This document shows positions 36,633 to 46,252 of a stretch of DNA of 64,000 bases, one piece after another. Position 1 is the first letter of the stretch, and every line of letters begins with the position of its first letter. The notes under the pieces were generated by a model that made no database searches, was not told the origin of the DNA, and was given only the letters and a program-made list of their open reading frames with translations. A program made the translations under genes and the position numbers. The DNA is from Spirochaetia bacterium UBA5763. Its GTDB lineage: Bacteria > Spirochaetota > UBA4802 > UBA5550. The stretch covers positions 137,617 to 201,616 of the forward strand of contig DIEX01000031.1 of the NCBI GenBank assembly GCA_002418835.1, in the 5' to 3' direction.

Positions 36633-39600
36633 CTAATCAGGCACCACTATCTTTTTAACCGTCTCCGCAAGATCATTCAGAGAGAACGGTTTCTGCAGAA
36701 AGTGCACACCCTCTTCAAGAACCCCGTGATGTGCGATTACGCTTGCAGTATAGCCTGACATGAAAAGCAGTTTGATCCCGGGACAGAGAGCCGAAATTTT
36801 TTCAGCAAGATCCCGCCCGTTCATTCCGGGCATAATCACATCTGTAATAAGAAGATCGATATTTCCCCGGTGCTCTCCGGCAATTTTTAAAGCTTCTGCC
36901 GGGGACGCTGCGGTGAGTACTGTATATCCCAGCTGCTCAAGTATTTCACTGTTTATATTAAGAAGCATTGCCTCATCTTCAACAAAAAGAAGAGTCTGGT
37001 GTCCCTGTCCCGGGTCATTTACTGCTGATTCCGGCTCTTTATTCGAGGCTGTTGCATAGTGCTGCGGCAGGTATATTCTGAAAGTCGTACCAAGGCCCGG
37101 TTCGCTGTAGACGTTTATAAATCCGTTGTTCTGCTTAACAATTCCGTATACTGTTGCAAGCCCAAGGCCTGTACCCCGGCCTGTTTCTTTAGTTGTAAAA
37201 AACGGTTCAAACAGATGTTCCTGCGTTTCTCTGTCCATGCCTGTGCCATTATCGCTTATAGTCAGCATTACATAATCACCGGGTAAAATGTTTTCATCTC
37301 TTACTGTGTCGTCTTCAGTAAAATAAATACTACCGGTCTCTATGATTACTTTTCCTGTGTTTATAATTGCGTCACGGGAGTTTACGCAGAGATTCACAAA
37401 AAGCTGATCAACCTGTGCAGGGTCCATTTTGATCATTACAGGATTTGGGGAGGGGAGCCATTCGAGGGATATATCCTCCCCTATAATCTGCCTCAGCATC
37501 TTAAGCATACCTTCAACTGTTTCATTGAGGTCGAGAATCTTCGGCGCCACAGTCTGTTTTCGAGCAAATGCAAGGAGCTGTTTAGTGAGGCTGGCTGAGC
37601 GTTCAGCGGCTTTTTTTATATCCTGGAGATAGGCGTACACCGGGTGTTCCGGATCAATTTTCCTCAGTGAAAGTTCTGTATATCCGAAGATGGCGCCAAG
37701 CATGTTATTGAAGTCATGGGCAACACCCCCTGCAAGGCGTCCGACTGATTCCATCTTCTGAGACTGATTAAGTTGTGCCTGAAGTTTCTCACGTTCCTCT
37801 TCAGAGTACTTGCGGTCAGTTATGTCATTCACAATGCCTACCATAAGCTGTACACGGCCATCCCTGTTTTTTACAGGTGAAACGGAAAGATCCCCCCATA
37901 CAGTATTTCCGTATTTTGTGATAAATCTCTTTTCTATCCTGTAATTGGATATTTCGCCTGAAACAACTTTAAGGAAATTATCGCGGCTTGCTTCAATGTC
38001 ATCGGGATGTGTAATATCAAGGTTTGTTCTCTGTTTTAATTCTTCAGGTTTATATCCTAAGTAATTGAGCCACCAGTTGTTATACATTACATATCTACCC
38101 TGTTCATCAGTGATACTGAAACCGACATTCGCGGCATTAAATATTGCTTTCAGCTTTTCTTCACTTTCCCTCAGGGCATCCTCAGCTTTTTTTTGTTCTG
38201 TAATATCTCTGAATTCCGTGACCCTTGCGGTCTTCCCTTTGTAAGGGATATTGCGTGCTTCAATACGGAGATTGTATTCTTCGCCATTCTTTTTAATACC
38301 GAAAACATCATACGGTTCTTCAAAACCTTCATTGATATGTTTAATTACAAGATCGCGCGAGTGTTCAGCAATCAGTAGCAGTCCGTTCATGCCGATTAAT
38401 TCTTCTCTTGAAAATCCGGTCATTTCTGTTAGGCCTAAATTACATTCAATAATCATACCTTTGTCATGAATAGTAATGCCTCCGAATGAAGCATTATGCA
38501 GTGCCTTGAACCGTTCTTCACTGTCACGCAAAGCTTTTTCATTTTCAATTCTTTCAGTGATGTCCCGGGCCGCAGCGTAAATCAGTTTATCGTGAGGAGT
38601 TGAACGCCATTCAATATAACGGTAGGTGCCGTCTTTGCAGCGATAGCGATTGATGAAATTAAAAACAGGGGAAATAGAACTCTCCCTTGTTTTATCAATT
38701 GTTTCCTGGAGGTCATCCGGATGGACGAAATCAAGGAAACTTCTTTTTTCGAGATCCCCTGCTGAATATCCGAGTATATTTTCCCACTCTTTATTTACCC
38801 GTCTGAAATTACCCTCCGCATCAGCTATGCATAGAAGGTCAAGTGATGTGGAAAAAAACTGGTTAAGCTCTTCATTGAGTTCGTCCCTTGAGATTATTGC
38901 CTGGCGGAGACGGAATACTATTAACATAATAATCAATGTTATGAAAAACTGAGCCATTACAATGAAGAGGGTTCTGCTTCGCCAGGGAGAGAGCCACTCC
39001 TCCAGTCCTATACCTACAGAAACGAACATGGTTCTGTTCCTGATAAAAGCCCGGCTGAAAATGCGCTCAATTCCGTCAATACAGGTATGAACTGTTTCAG
39101 GATGAGAATGTTTATTGTCAGTAAAACCGGAAACTATTTCAGCAGGTATGGTCTTGTCAAGGCCCATATCCTTGCCGCCAAGCATGCCGCTGTATATAGT
39201 CCCGTTGAAATCAGCAAGATATACAAGGGATTTTTTACCCAGATTAACCTCCTGAAATATCATTGAAAAATAGTATGGATTTACAGAGGCAAGGAGTACT
39301 CCGTCGAATTCTCCATTCGCTTTCTGAAGGCGGAGACTGAAAGGCAGATACCATTTGCCTGTAACACGCCCCAGTATAGGGCTCCCGGTGCGGAGATACC
39401 TGGAGGAATTATTCCTGTGATGGATAAAAAATGGCCGGTCTCCGCTGTATGTAGGGGTAAATTCAGATTTATCAGTGAGAAGGACATTCCCCTGTTTGTC
39501 AATAATTGAAATAAGATTAAAAAGTTCAGGGTTTGACGTTACGGCATTATTCAGGAATGCTGTCATTTCACTTTTATTTATTCCTTTTTCCCACCGTTGT

Positions 39601-39842
39601 CTCAGTGTAAAAAGTAAGACTTCTGTACGGGAAAAAGTCTCGTAAATATGCCTTTCGAGTATAATTGACAGGTTAGTCGTTTCTCTTTTTGCCCTGGAGA
39701 GTTCAAGACGTCTGTCTTCAAAAACAATCTGCATTGAGATCAGCCATGTTCCAAGAAGAAAAAGTATGCCGAATCTTACAATCCAGTTCCCCGGTGATTT
39801 ATGTATCTGTAAACGCTTAATAAGGTTAATTAGTCTCTTCAA
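36633..39842 (-). CDS. hybrid sensor histidine kinase/response regulator with Cache-like periplasmic domain and multiple PAS domains
   Basis: 1069 aa; TM-periplasmic-TM, three PAS/PAC modules, HisKA (HDFNNMLGAI), HATPase (GTGLGLATVYGIV), REC (LLFVEDE...DVIMPGMNG). Confidence 0.85.
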   Translation of the reverse strand: MKRLINLIKRLQIHKSPGNWIVRFGILFLLGTWLISMQIVFEDRRLELSRAKRETTNLSIILERHIYETFSRTEVLLFTLRQRWEKGINKSEMTAFLNNAVTSNPELFNLISIIDKQGNVLLTDKSEFTPTYSGDRPFFIHHRNNSSRYLRTGSPILGRVTGKWYLPFSLRLQKANGEFDGVLLASVNPYYFSMIFQEVNLGKKSLVYLADFNGTIYSGMLGGKDMGLDKTIPAEIVSGFTDNKHSHPETVHTCIDGIERIFSRAFIRNRTMFVSVGIGLEEWLSPWRSRTLFIVMAQFFITLIIMLIVFRLRQAIISRDELNEELNQFFSTSLDLLCIADAEGNFRRVNKEWENILGYSAGDLEKRSFLDFVHPDDLQETIDKTRESSISPVFNFINRYRCKDGTYRYIEWRSTPHDKLIYAAARDITERIENEKALRDSEERFKALHNASFGGITIHDKGMIIECNLGLTEMTGFSREELIGMNGLLLIAEHSRDLVIKHINEGFEEPYDVFGIKKNGEEYNLRIEARNIPYKGKTARVTEFRDITEQKKAEDALRESEEKLKAIFNAANVGFSITDEQGRYVMYNNWWLNYLGYKPEELKQRTNLDITHPDDIEASRDNFLKVVSGEISNYRIEKRFITKYGNTVWGDLSVSPVKNRDGRVQLMVGIVNDITDRKYSEEEREKLQAQLNQSQKMESVGRLAGGVAHDFNNMLGAIFGYTELSLRKIDPEHPVYAYLQDIKKAAERSASLTKQLLAFARKQTVAPKILDLNETVEGMLKMLRQIIGEDISLEWLPSPNPVMIKMDPAQVDQLFVNLCVNSRDAIINTGKVIIETGSIYFTEDDTVRDENILPGDYVMLTISDNGTGMDRETQEHLFEPFFTTKETGRGTGLGLATVYGIVKQNNGFINVYSEPGLGTTFRIYLPQHYATASNKEPESAVNDPGQGHQTLLFVEDEAMLLNINSEILEQLGYTVLTAASPAEALKIAGEHRGNIDLLITDVIMPGMNGRDLAEKISALCPGIKLLFMSGYTASVIAHHGVLEEGVHFLQKPFSLNDLAETVKKIVVPD

Positions 39843-40026
39843 AAGAGTTTTCTCCGGTGGAAAAATAACTGGTTACTTTTATTTATAAAGTCAGTTATTA
39901 TAAGTGTAAGTAATGTTCCTTTGGAATTAAATATAATAAGAAACATCCGGATTTTCCACATGCTGTGTATGTTATTTTTCCTGATGAGGTAATCATTTAT
40001 CAGGTGTGAAGTGCTTATTTATAGAG

Positions 40027-40055
40027 AAAGGGGACTCCTCGCGGAGACCCCTTTT
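40027..40055 (-). terminator. rho-independent terminator downstream of porin-like gene
   Basis: GGGGTCTCC-gcga-GGAGTCCCC hairpin followed by TTTCTCT on minus strand, about 55 nt after stop at 40111. Confidence 0.5.
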
Positions 40056-40110
40056 GAGAATGAAGAAGTTTAAACAGGAGTGGTTGTCCCACCCCGGTGT
40101 TTAGGCTTGA

Positions 40111-41448
40111 TTAGATACTTGCTGTCATACCGAAAGCAACCTGAGATGCGTTTTCTGCTTTTGTGTACAGACCAACACCCATATCGTCGCCAGCCATAAA
40201 ATATCCATATTCAACAAATATAGTAGATTTTGGAGCGATTTCATATGATGCCTTGAGGTCAATTTCTGAACCAATACCGCTGTCTCCTGCAGCATTGTCT
40301 TCAACAGTTGAAGCCATCCCGAACTGAGCAAAGAGAACAATTTTGTCAAAATTTGCTTGAGCGTTTATACCATAAGACATATACCCAAGCGCATTGTCCA
40401 TTGAATCAAAATCGTTATAAGCAGAAGATGTTACTGTAGCATTTTCAAGAAGGAAGAGTCTTCCGTCAGGCGCACCTGATTTATTGGATGTTTTTCCGAA
40501 AACTTTATTAAGGTTATAAAAGTAGCTGTTGTCTTCAGTTGCATCACTGCCATCATTACCGGTACCGTAGGTAAAGAATGCACCTATTTTAACTCCCTCC
40601 ACTGGTTTGATATCAAGACCGAGGTCGAAACCGTAAGCTGATGTTTCTTTAGTCGAGTTTAAATCACCAGTCATGTATGCACCAGTTGCACCAAATGTTA
40701 CCATTCCGAAATCTGCAGAAACATTAAGGGCGTAGTTTGTAAGTTTGGTTTCAGAAAAAGTTGATGATTGTTCACCGCCTTTTATGTAGATAACTCCAGG
40801 TCTTACTGTAATTCCGTTAAATTTGATAGGAAGATCAAAAGCATAAGCGGTTGCGTCATCGTCAAGCTCATCATCTGTTTCAGTATTTGATGCTGTATCG
40901 TACTCGTCAATCTTGATATAGCTAAGGTTGATTTGACCCATTCCGAAATTGTATCCAGCTTTGAATAAAGCGAAATCGTTATCAACAACAAGTGGGAATT
41001 TGTATCCGTTGAGTCCGCCCATAAGTGAAAGATTAGGAATGATAACATCCTTAGCGTCAATATAAGCGTGTTTTACTTCTACAACCTTGTTGTCCGTTCC
41101 TGGATCAGCACTTGCTGAATCATCACTAATAGTGATGTAATCACCTGTTGCAGTATCAGTACTGTCATAAACAGCATAATCTTTACTGCTTGATGATCTT
41201 CCGAAATCCTGATCGATCTCAAGTTGGGTTACAATTTTAATGTTTTCATTTCCGAGACTGAATAGAGGCCTTACTCTTACATGAGCATAATCATACTCAT
41301 AGTCGCTTTGACTGCCGCTTGCACCATATACCCATGCATTAGCACTGTACTTGAATTCAGGCCCTTTCTTCTCCTCCTGCTTCACCTCCTGTGCAAAAGC
41401 ACTTCCGGCAAAGAGAAGAGCCATGCATAACGTAAAAAATCTCTTCAT
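40111..41448 (-). CDS. outer-membrane beta-barrel (porin-like) protein
   Basis: 445 aa; signal peptide MKRFFTLCMALLFAGSAFA; alternating hydrophobic beta-strand pattern rich in G/Y/A/N/D. Confidence 0.5.
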   Translation of the reverse strand: MKRFFTLCMALLFAGSAFAQEVKQEEKKGPEFKYSANAWVYGASGSQSDYEYDYAHVRVRPLFSLGNENIKIVTQLEIDQDFGRSSSSKDYAVYDSTDTATGDYITISDDSASADPGTDNKVVEVKHAYIDAKDVIIPNLSLMGGLNGYKFPLVVDNDFALFKAGYNFGMGQINLSYIKIDEYDTASNTETDDELDDDATAYAFDLPIKFNGITVRPGVIYIKGGEQSSTFSETKLTNYALNVSADFGMVTFGATGAYMTGDLNSTKETSAYGFDLGLDIKPVEGVKIGAFFTYGTGNDGSDATEDNSYFYNLNKVFGKTSNKSGAPDGRLFLLENATVTSSAYNDFDSMDNALGYMSYGINAQANFDKIVLFAQFGMASTVEDNAAGDSGIGSEIDLKASYEIAPKSTIFVEYGYFMAGDDMGVGLYTKAENASQVAFGMTASI

Positions 41449-41720
41449 TTGTTACTCCTGTTTTTAAAATTTAAATTTTAAATAGTAGAGATGATATAAT
41501 CATCCGTACTTTCGTGCAGGACATTAGACGAAGCCTTTTTAGTTTTTATAAATTTGAGGTTAAGATTTTATGAATATCCTTTTGTTTAAAAGTACTCTGG
41601 TATCATTGGCTATGCAGAAAGAAAAATTTTTACACTGATAAAAACGGATTTTCACAGATGAAAAGCATATCACGGGAAGCTTCTATTTATAGCTGTTTAC
41701 GATTGGATTAGTACTTAATT

Positions 41721-41869
41721 TGTCATTCCGGTTTTGTCGCAGACAAATACCGGAATCTTAATGATAGGAATTAATTTCTGAAAACAGGGGGTAATTTCTT
41801 TTACTTTAACATTCCGGCAGTGCAGCAACGATGCTTGCCTCTGTTCGCACTCCGGCCGGGATGACAAAG
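41721..41869. repeat. structured intergenic repeat, copy 3
   Basis: TTGTCATTCCGG ... CCGGGATGACAAAG termini; internal ATACCGGAATCTTAAT and CATTCCGGCAG modules. Confidence 0.7.
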
Positions 41870-42060
41870 CTTAATTATTTCGTAAAATGCTATAGTCGGC
41901 AAATCCATCTGCGTTCATCTGTGTCTATCTGTGTAAAATTCTTTATTTTAATTCAGCCTGACATTCATGCTTCAATTCTTAACATTATTTTAACATAAAT
42001 CTTATCTAAACTGCATCTGCCGGGGATTATATCCACTCATCATAAGTTCGGATATATAAT

Positions 42061-43830
42061 ATGAAGAAATTTAAACTGCTTGAACTCTTAAAAAGACTCT
42101 TCAGCGATTCAGTGAGCGAAACATACATACTGATAAGCGGAGGGTTAACCGGCTTTTTTATAATTTTCCTGATAAATGCCATGCTTGGCCTCTATTCGGT
42201 GTTCGGGATTTCAACTGACCTTACGGAAAATCTTTCCGGAGTCAACATGGCAAGAAACGCACAGATTACCCTTCACGAACAGGTGCTTGCCTGGGAGAAT
42301 ATACTTATATCAGGTAAAAACTATCCTGACTTTCAGAAAAATTATCATCTCTTTTCCCGGAAAGCTGAGAGTGTTCAGAATACTCTTGTGAACCTGAAGA
42401 TACAGAATGCCCATGATAAAATTATCCATGATGACATAGAGAAGCTTCTTGTTAAACATAAGACGATGACCGGTGAATTCACAAATCACATTGTTGATAT
42501 GAGAGATAAGGAATTCAGAAATGTTGAGGAAAAGATAAAGGCTACCAGCGGTATGGAGGATTCTCTTCTTGAATCACTGAACAGAGTTGCTGCTGAAATT
42601 GAGAACGCGGGGGAGATAAGGAGCCGGAACACCGGTGTCAGGTATCTTGTCATAGCATCGGTATCAGCTGTAATATTTATCGTTCTGATTATCTACTATG
42701 GAAGACAGATCGGCATAAGGCTCATTAAAACACATAATATCCTTGAGAAGATGGTTGTCGAAAGGACCCGGGAATACGTTGAGGCCAACATCTCTCTCCA
42801 GAAAGAGATTGATGAACATAAGGTGACTGAGCAGAAACTTATTGCTTCAAGGAATGAGACAGAGGATAAGAACAGGCTTCTCACTGTGTCAGAAAGACGA
42901 TACAGACTTATAGTTGAAGGGACAAAAGAAATTATATTTACACTTGATGACAACTGGTATTTTAAAACAGCAAATGACGCGATTAAACAGGAACTCAAGA
43001 TCAGTCAGGATGCAATTTCGAAATTCAGGTTTGTGGACCTTATATGTGATGAACTTACTGAAGCCACAATGCTTCGGCGTATTGTAAGTGAAAAGCTTGA
43101 GCAGTCTAAAAAAGAACTGAAGAAGATAAAATTCAATGCGCAGCTTAAGACTCCGAATCTTATTGAACCTGTTGAATTTAAAATCACCCTTGAATTTATA
43201 GAAATTGAAGGTAACCTCGAAATAATAGGAAAAGCCGTGCGCCTTGCGGACGACAGGTTTACTGAATCATTCATCAGCGAAAAGTGTGAGTACCTTATCC
43301 GGAACCTTCTTTTTGAAGCTGATGATATCTCTCACAGGATAACAAACAATCTCCAGAAATATATGGATAAAACTGACATCAATATGATCAGGATCGGACT
43401 TCGTGAAATTATCATCAATTCGATAGAACATGGTAATCTTAATATATCTTTTGAGGATAAAACGGAGGCAATACTTACAGACAGGTATTTTGAATTTGTG
43501 AATGAACGTCAGAATAATCCTGAGTATAGAGATAAACGTGTAAGGATTGAATACATGATATCAGATTCCAAGGCCGTTTATAAGATAACTGACCAGGGTA
43601 AGGGTTTTAATCATAGAAAATTTCTTGCGGCTTCAAGTGATGAAACAGGTGATGTGGCACTTGCTCACGGACGGGGTATTGCCATGGTGAAGAATATTTT
43701 TGATGAAGTGCGGTATAACTTCAGGGGTAACCAGGTGCTTCTGGTTAAGCATTTAAATAAAGATAAAGGTTTTGATGAAAATGGAAGCAGTAGAGAATTC
43801 GGCGAAATACAGGCCATTGAAGTCAGTTGA
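42061..43830 (+). CDS. membrane sensor protein with PAS domain and RsbW/SpoIIAB-type GHKL ATPase (anti-sigma-factor-like serine kinase)
   Basis: 589 aa; TM-periplasmic helical sensor-TM, PAS-like region, C-terminal HATPase with N-box IGLREIIINSIEHGN and G-boxes DQGKGF, GRGIAMV; no HisKA phospho-acceptor. Confidence 0.55.
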   Translation: MKKFKLLELLKRLFSDSVSETYILISGGLTGFFIIFLINAMLGLYSVFGISTDLTENLSGVNMARNAQITLHEQVLAWENILISGKNYPDFQKNYHLFSRKAESVQNTLVNLKIQNAHDKIIHDDIEKLLVKHKTMTGEFTNHIVDMRDKEFRNVEEKIKATSGMEDSLLESLNRVAAEIENAGEIRSRNTGVRYLVIASVSAVIFIVLIIYYGRQIGIRLIKTHNILEKMVVERTREYVEANISLQKEIDEHKVTEQKLIASRNETEDKNRLLTVSERRYRLIVEGTKEIIFTLDDNWYFKTANDAIKQELKISQDAISKFRFVDLICDELTEATMLRRIVSEKLEQSKKELKKIKFNAQLKTPNLIEPVEFKITLEFIEIEGNLEIIGKAVRLADDRFTESFISEKCEYLIRNLLFEADDISHRITNNLQKYMDKTDINMIRIGLREIIINSIEHGNLNISFEDKTEAILTDRYFEFVNERQNNPEYRDKRVRIEYMISDSKAVYKITDQGKGFNHRKFLAASSDETGDVALAHGRGIAMVKNIFDEVRYNFRGNQVLLVKHLNKDKGFDENGSSREFGEIQAIEVS

Positions 43831-44968
43831 ATATGAAAAGATCAGCCATGAGGTAATTTTTAAAAGGGTGGTCTCCCCTTATTACGTCTCTGATTCACAT
43901 AATATTGGAGAGATTGCAGAAGTATTTACTGGCGACATTTCAATACAGGCTGTGGGAGTTGTGGATGATGATGAAAAAACAGCAGGAATTATTATCCGCA
44001 ACGAGCTTTTTTCACTTATAGGTCAGAAGTTCGGCAGGGAACTTTATCTCAATAAAAGCATCAGAGAAGTTTTAGTCACACCGGCAACTGTATACTACAA
44101 AAGAAATACCTTTTCTGTTATTGATGAACTTGCTGATGAGCTGAAATCAGAGTCCAACAGGTTTTTTGTTCTTGTTGATAGTGAGAACAGGTACAGAGGT
44201 ATTATCTCGACATCCAGTCTTGTCCTTTTTCTTTCCGAGATGATGAGAAGGGAACTGGCAGCTGCAAGGAGAATACATTCCGCTATTATTACAGGTAAAA
44301 TAGAAATTTTCGGTGAGAAGTTTGATGTAGCGGGTTCCACTCTGATGGCTGGTGAAACCGGCGGTGATTTCCAATATATAAAAAAGATCGGTGAAGGGAG
44401 ATGGTTTATCTCTCTATGCGACGTGTCAGGTAAAGGATTGAATGCCGGGCTTATATCTGTGGCTGTGAGCAGTATGTACACAGTTTACGATTTTACACGC
44501 GGAATTGGTGAACTCATAAGGAGTATCAATTCGTATATAAATGATCTCTTCGGCGGGGAGATATTTCTCACGGGAATTTTTATGGAGTTCAATGAAAACA
44601 ATGGCGAACTTACCGTGTATGATATGGGCCACTCAATGTTCTATATATTGAGAGACGGGAAGGCCGGCTCACCTTCAAAGCAGAAAGATAATATCCCCCT
44701 GGGGATATCGAAAGATACAGTACCGGTGAAATCCTCTATCAGGCTTGAAAAGGGGGATATAATTATTACATATACCGATGGAATGCCTGAACAGTGCAAT
44801 ATGTCCAATAAGAGTTTCGGCGAACAGAAACTCCTATCTCTTGTGATGAAATACAGAAACAGTGCTCTGAACCAGATACAGGGTATAATTGCCGAAGAGC
44901 TCAACTCATGGAGAATCGGGAATGCCCAGGGCGATGACATGTCGCTTTTATTGCTCAGAGTAAAATGA
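43772..44968 (+). CDS. PP2C-family (SpoIIE/RsbU-type) serine phosphatase with N-terminal ligand-binding-like domain
   Basis: 398 aa; GDFQY...LCDVSGKGLNAGLISVAVSSMY and C-terminal DGMPE / GDDMSLLLL motifs of SpoIIE-type PP2C; 5' end overlaps upstream gene by up to 59 nt (alternative ATGs at 43775, 43781). Confidence 0.7.
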   Translation: MMKMEAVENSAKYRPLKSVEYEKISHEVIFKRVVSPYYVSDSHNIGEIAEVFTGDISIQAVGVVDDDEKTAGIIIRNELFSLIGQKFGRELYLNKSIREVLVTPATVYYKRNTFSVIDELADELKSESNRFFVLVDSENRYRGIISTSSLVLFLSEMMRRELAAARRIHSAIITGKIEIFGEKFDVAGSTLMAGETGGDFQYIKKIGEGRWFISLCDVSGKGLNAGLISVAVSSMYTVYDFTRGIGELIRSINSYINDLFGGEIFLTGIFMEFNENNGELTVYDMGHSMFYILRDGKAGSPSKQKDNIPLGISKDTVPVKSSIRLEKGDIIITYTDGMPEQCNMSNKSFGEQKLLSLVMKYRNSALNQIQGIIAEELNSWRIGNAQGDDMSLLLLRVK

Positions 44969-45054
44969 TAATAATCACATAATTTCTTAATATAATTTTT
45001 ACATGAATATATTTAAGATTAGTTACTATAGCAAATAACGAAATGATTATCACG

Positions 45055-45166
45055 TTGTCATTCCGGCCGTAGTGACAACGAAGTGCCGGAATCTCATAAA
45101 ATTATTACAATGAGATTAGCTTCCAGCTCTTCCTGCGGTCGCCCACAGCCTTCGCGGGAATGACAT
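45055..45166. repeat. structured intergenic repeat, copy 4 (upstream of pstS)
   Basis: CGTTGTCATTCCGG..TGACAACG hairpin, GCCGGAATCTCATAAA..ATGAGATTAG, ...CGCGGGAATGACA terminus. Confidence 0.7.
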
Positions 45167-45226
45167 ACTGTGTGATTACTCAATCGTAACACGCTATAAT
45201 AAAATATTCCAGGAGGAATTCTAAAG

Positions 45227-46057
45227 ATGTCTTTCAAAAAAAGTGTTATATCAATGCTTACAGTTGCGGCAGTTGCAGCTTCAGCGGCTGCAGGAATAGC
45301 AGCAGAGAAGGGTAAAATTAGCATCAAGGGATCAACAACAGTTCTCCCTATTACAATGAAGGCCATAGACACTTATAAATCTATTAAGCCTGAAGTATCT
45401 ATCTCTGTTGAAGGGAGCGGTTCAAGTAACGGGATAAAAGCTCTTATCGGTAACAACTGCGATATAGCAAACTCTTCTCGTGAGATGAAAAAGGAGGAGA
45501 TGGCACAGGCTAAACAGGGCGGGCAGAAGATTAAAGAGATAGCTGTTGCTCTTGATATGATCGTCCCTGTTGTACACCCGTCAAACAAAGTTAAGAACCT
45601 TACAAAAGATCAGCTTAAAGGTATCTTCGAAGGTTCTATAACAAACTGGAACCAGGTAGGCGGCGAGGACATGAATATCGTTGTTGTATCAAGGGATTCA
45701 AGCTCAGGTACATTTGAATGCTGGCATGAACTTGTAATGTCTAAAAAAGATGTAAGAAAAGATGCTCTTATGCAGGCATCAAACGGCGCAGTTGTAAGTA
45801 CAGTTGCTAATAACAAAAAAGCAATCGGTTACATCGGTTTCGGTTACATGGATAATGCAGTTAAAGGACTCGATGTTAATGGCATCGTCCCCACAATCAA
45901 AAATGGTAAAAGCGGAAAGTATCCTGTTTCAAGAAAGCTTTATATGTATGTGAATGAAAAGAACTATTCATCAGAATCAAAAGCATTCGTAAACTATCTT
46001 CTTTCAAAAGAGGGTCAGAAGCTTGTTGTTGAAGCAGGTTATATAACAATCAAGTAG
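45227..46057 (+). CDS. pstS: phosphate-binding protein PstS-family (periplasmic PBP)
   Basis: 276 aa; signal peptide; IKGSTTVLPI and EGSGSSNGIKALI motifs typical of PstS/PhoT-type phosphate-binding proteins. Confidence 0.75.
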   Translation: MSFKKSVISMLTVAAVAASAAAGIAAEKGKISIKGSTTVLPITMKAIDTYKSIKPEVSISVEGSGSSNGIKALIGNNCDIANSSREMKKEEMAQAKQGGQKIKEIAVALDMIVPVVHPSNKVKNLTKDQLKGIFEGSITNWNQVGGEDMNIVVVSRDSSSGTFECWHELVMSKKDVRKDALMQASNGAVVSTVANNKKAIGYIGFGYMDNAVKGLDVNGIVPTIKNGKSGKYPVSRKLYMYVNEKNYSSESKAFVNYLLSKEGQKLVVEAGYITIK

Positions 46058-46131
46058 CACATGCCGGCTGTTATGTCGCTGTGTTATATGCACTGACTTT
46101 ATGAATTTTACATGAAGCAACTCCTATTCAA

Positions 46132-46166
46132 AAAGGGCTGTTCCAACCGGGCAGCTCTTTTCTTTT
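46132..46166 (+). terminator. candidate terminator after pstS
   Basis: AAAGGGCTG-11 nt loop-CAGCTCTTT (one G-U pair) followed by TCTTTT. Confidence 0.35.
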
Positions 46167-46252
46167 ACAACTTTACGGAAAATTAACAGAAACATTATAA
46201 AAGAACAACAGGTTAAGGTTTAACTTGTCTGAATTTAAAAATGGAGGATTTC

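Noticed and set aside
41571-41639. 22-aa ORF (MNILLFKSTLVSLAMQKEKFLH) in the long 41449-42060 intergenic region
   Set aside because: It has no RBS, is very short and hydrophobic, and nothing supports it as a gene.
45055-45090. Possible Pho box formed by TGTCAT motifs of repeat copy 4 upstream of pstS
   Set aside because: The hexamers are in inverted rather than direct-repeat arrangement and lack the 4-bp A/T spacer of canonical Pho boxes. The resemblance is probably coincidental to the repeat terminus.
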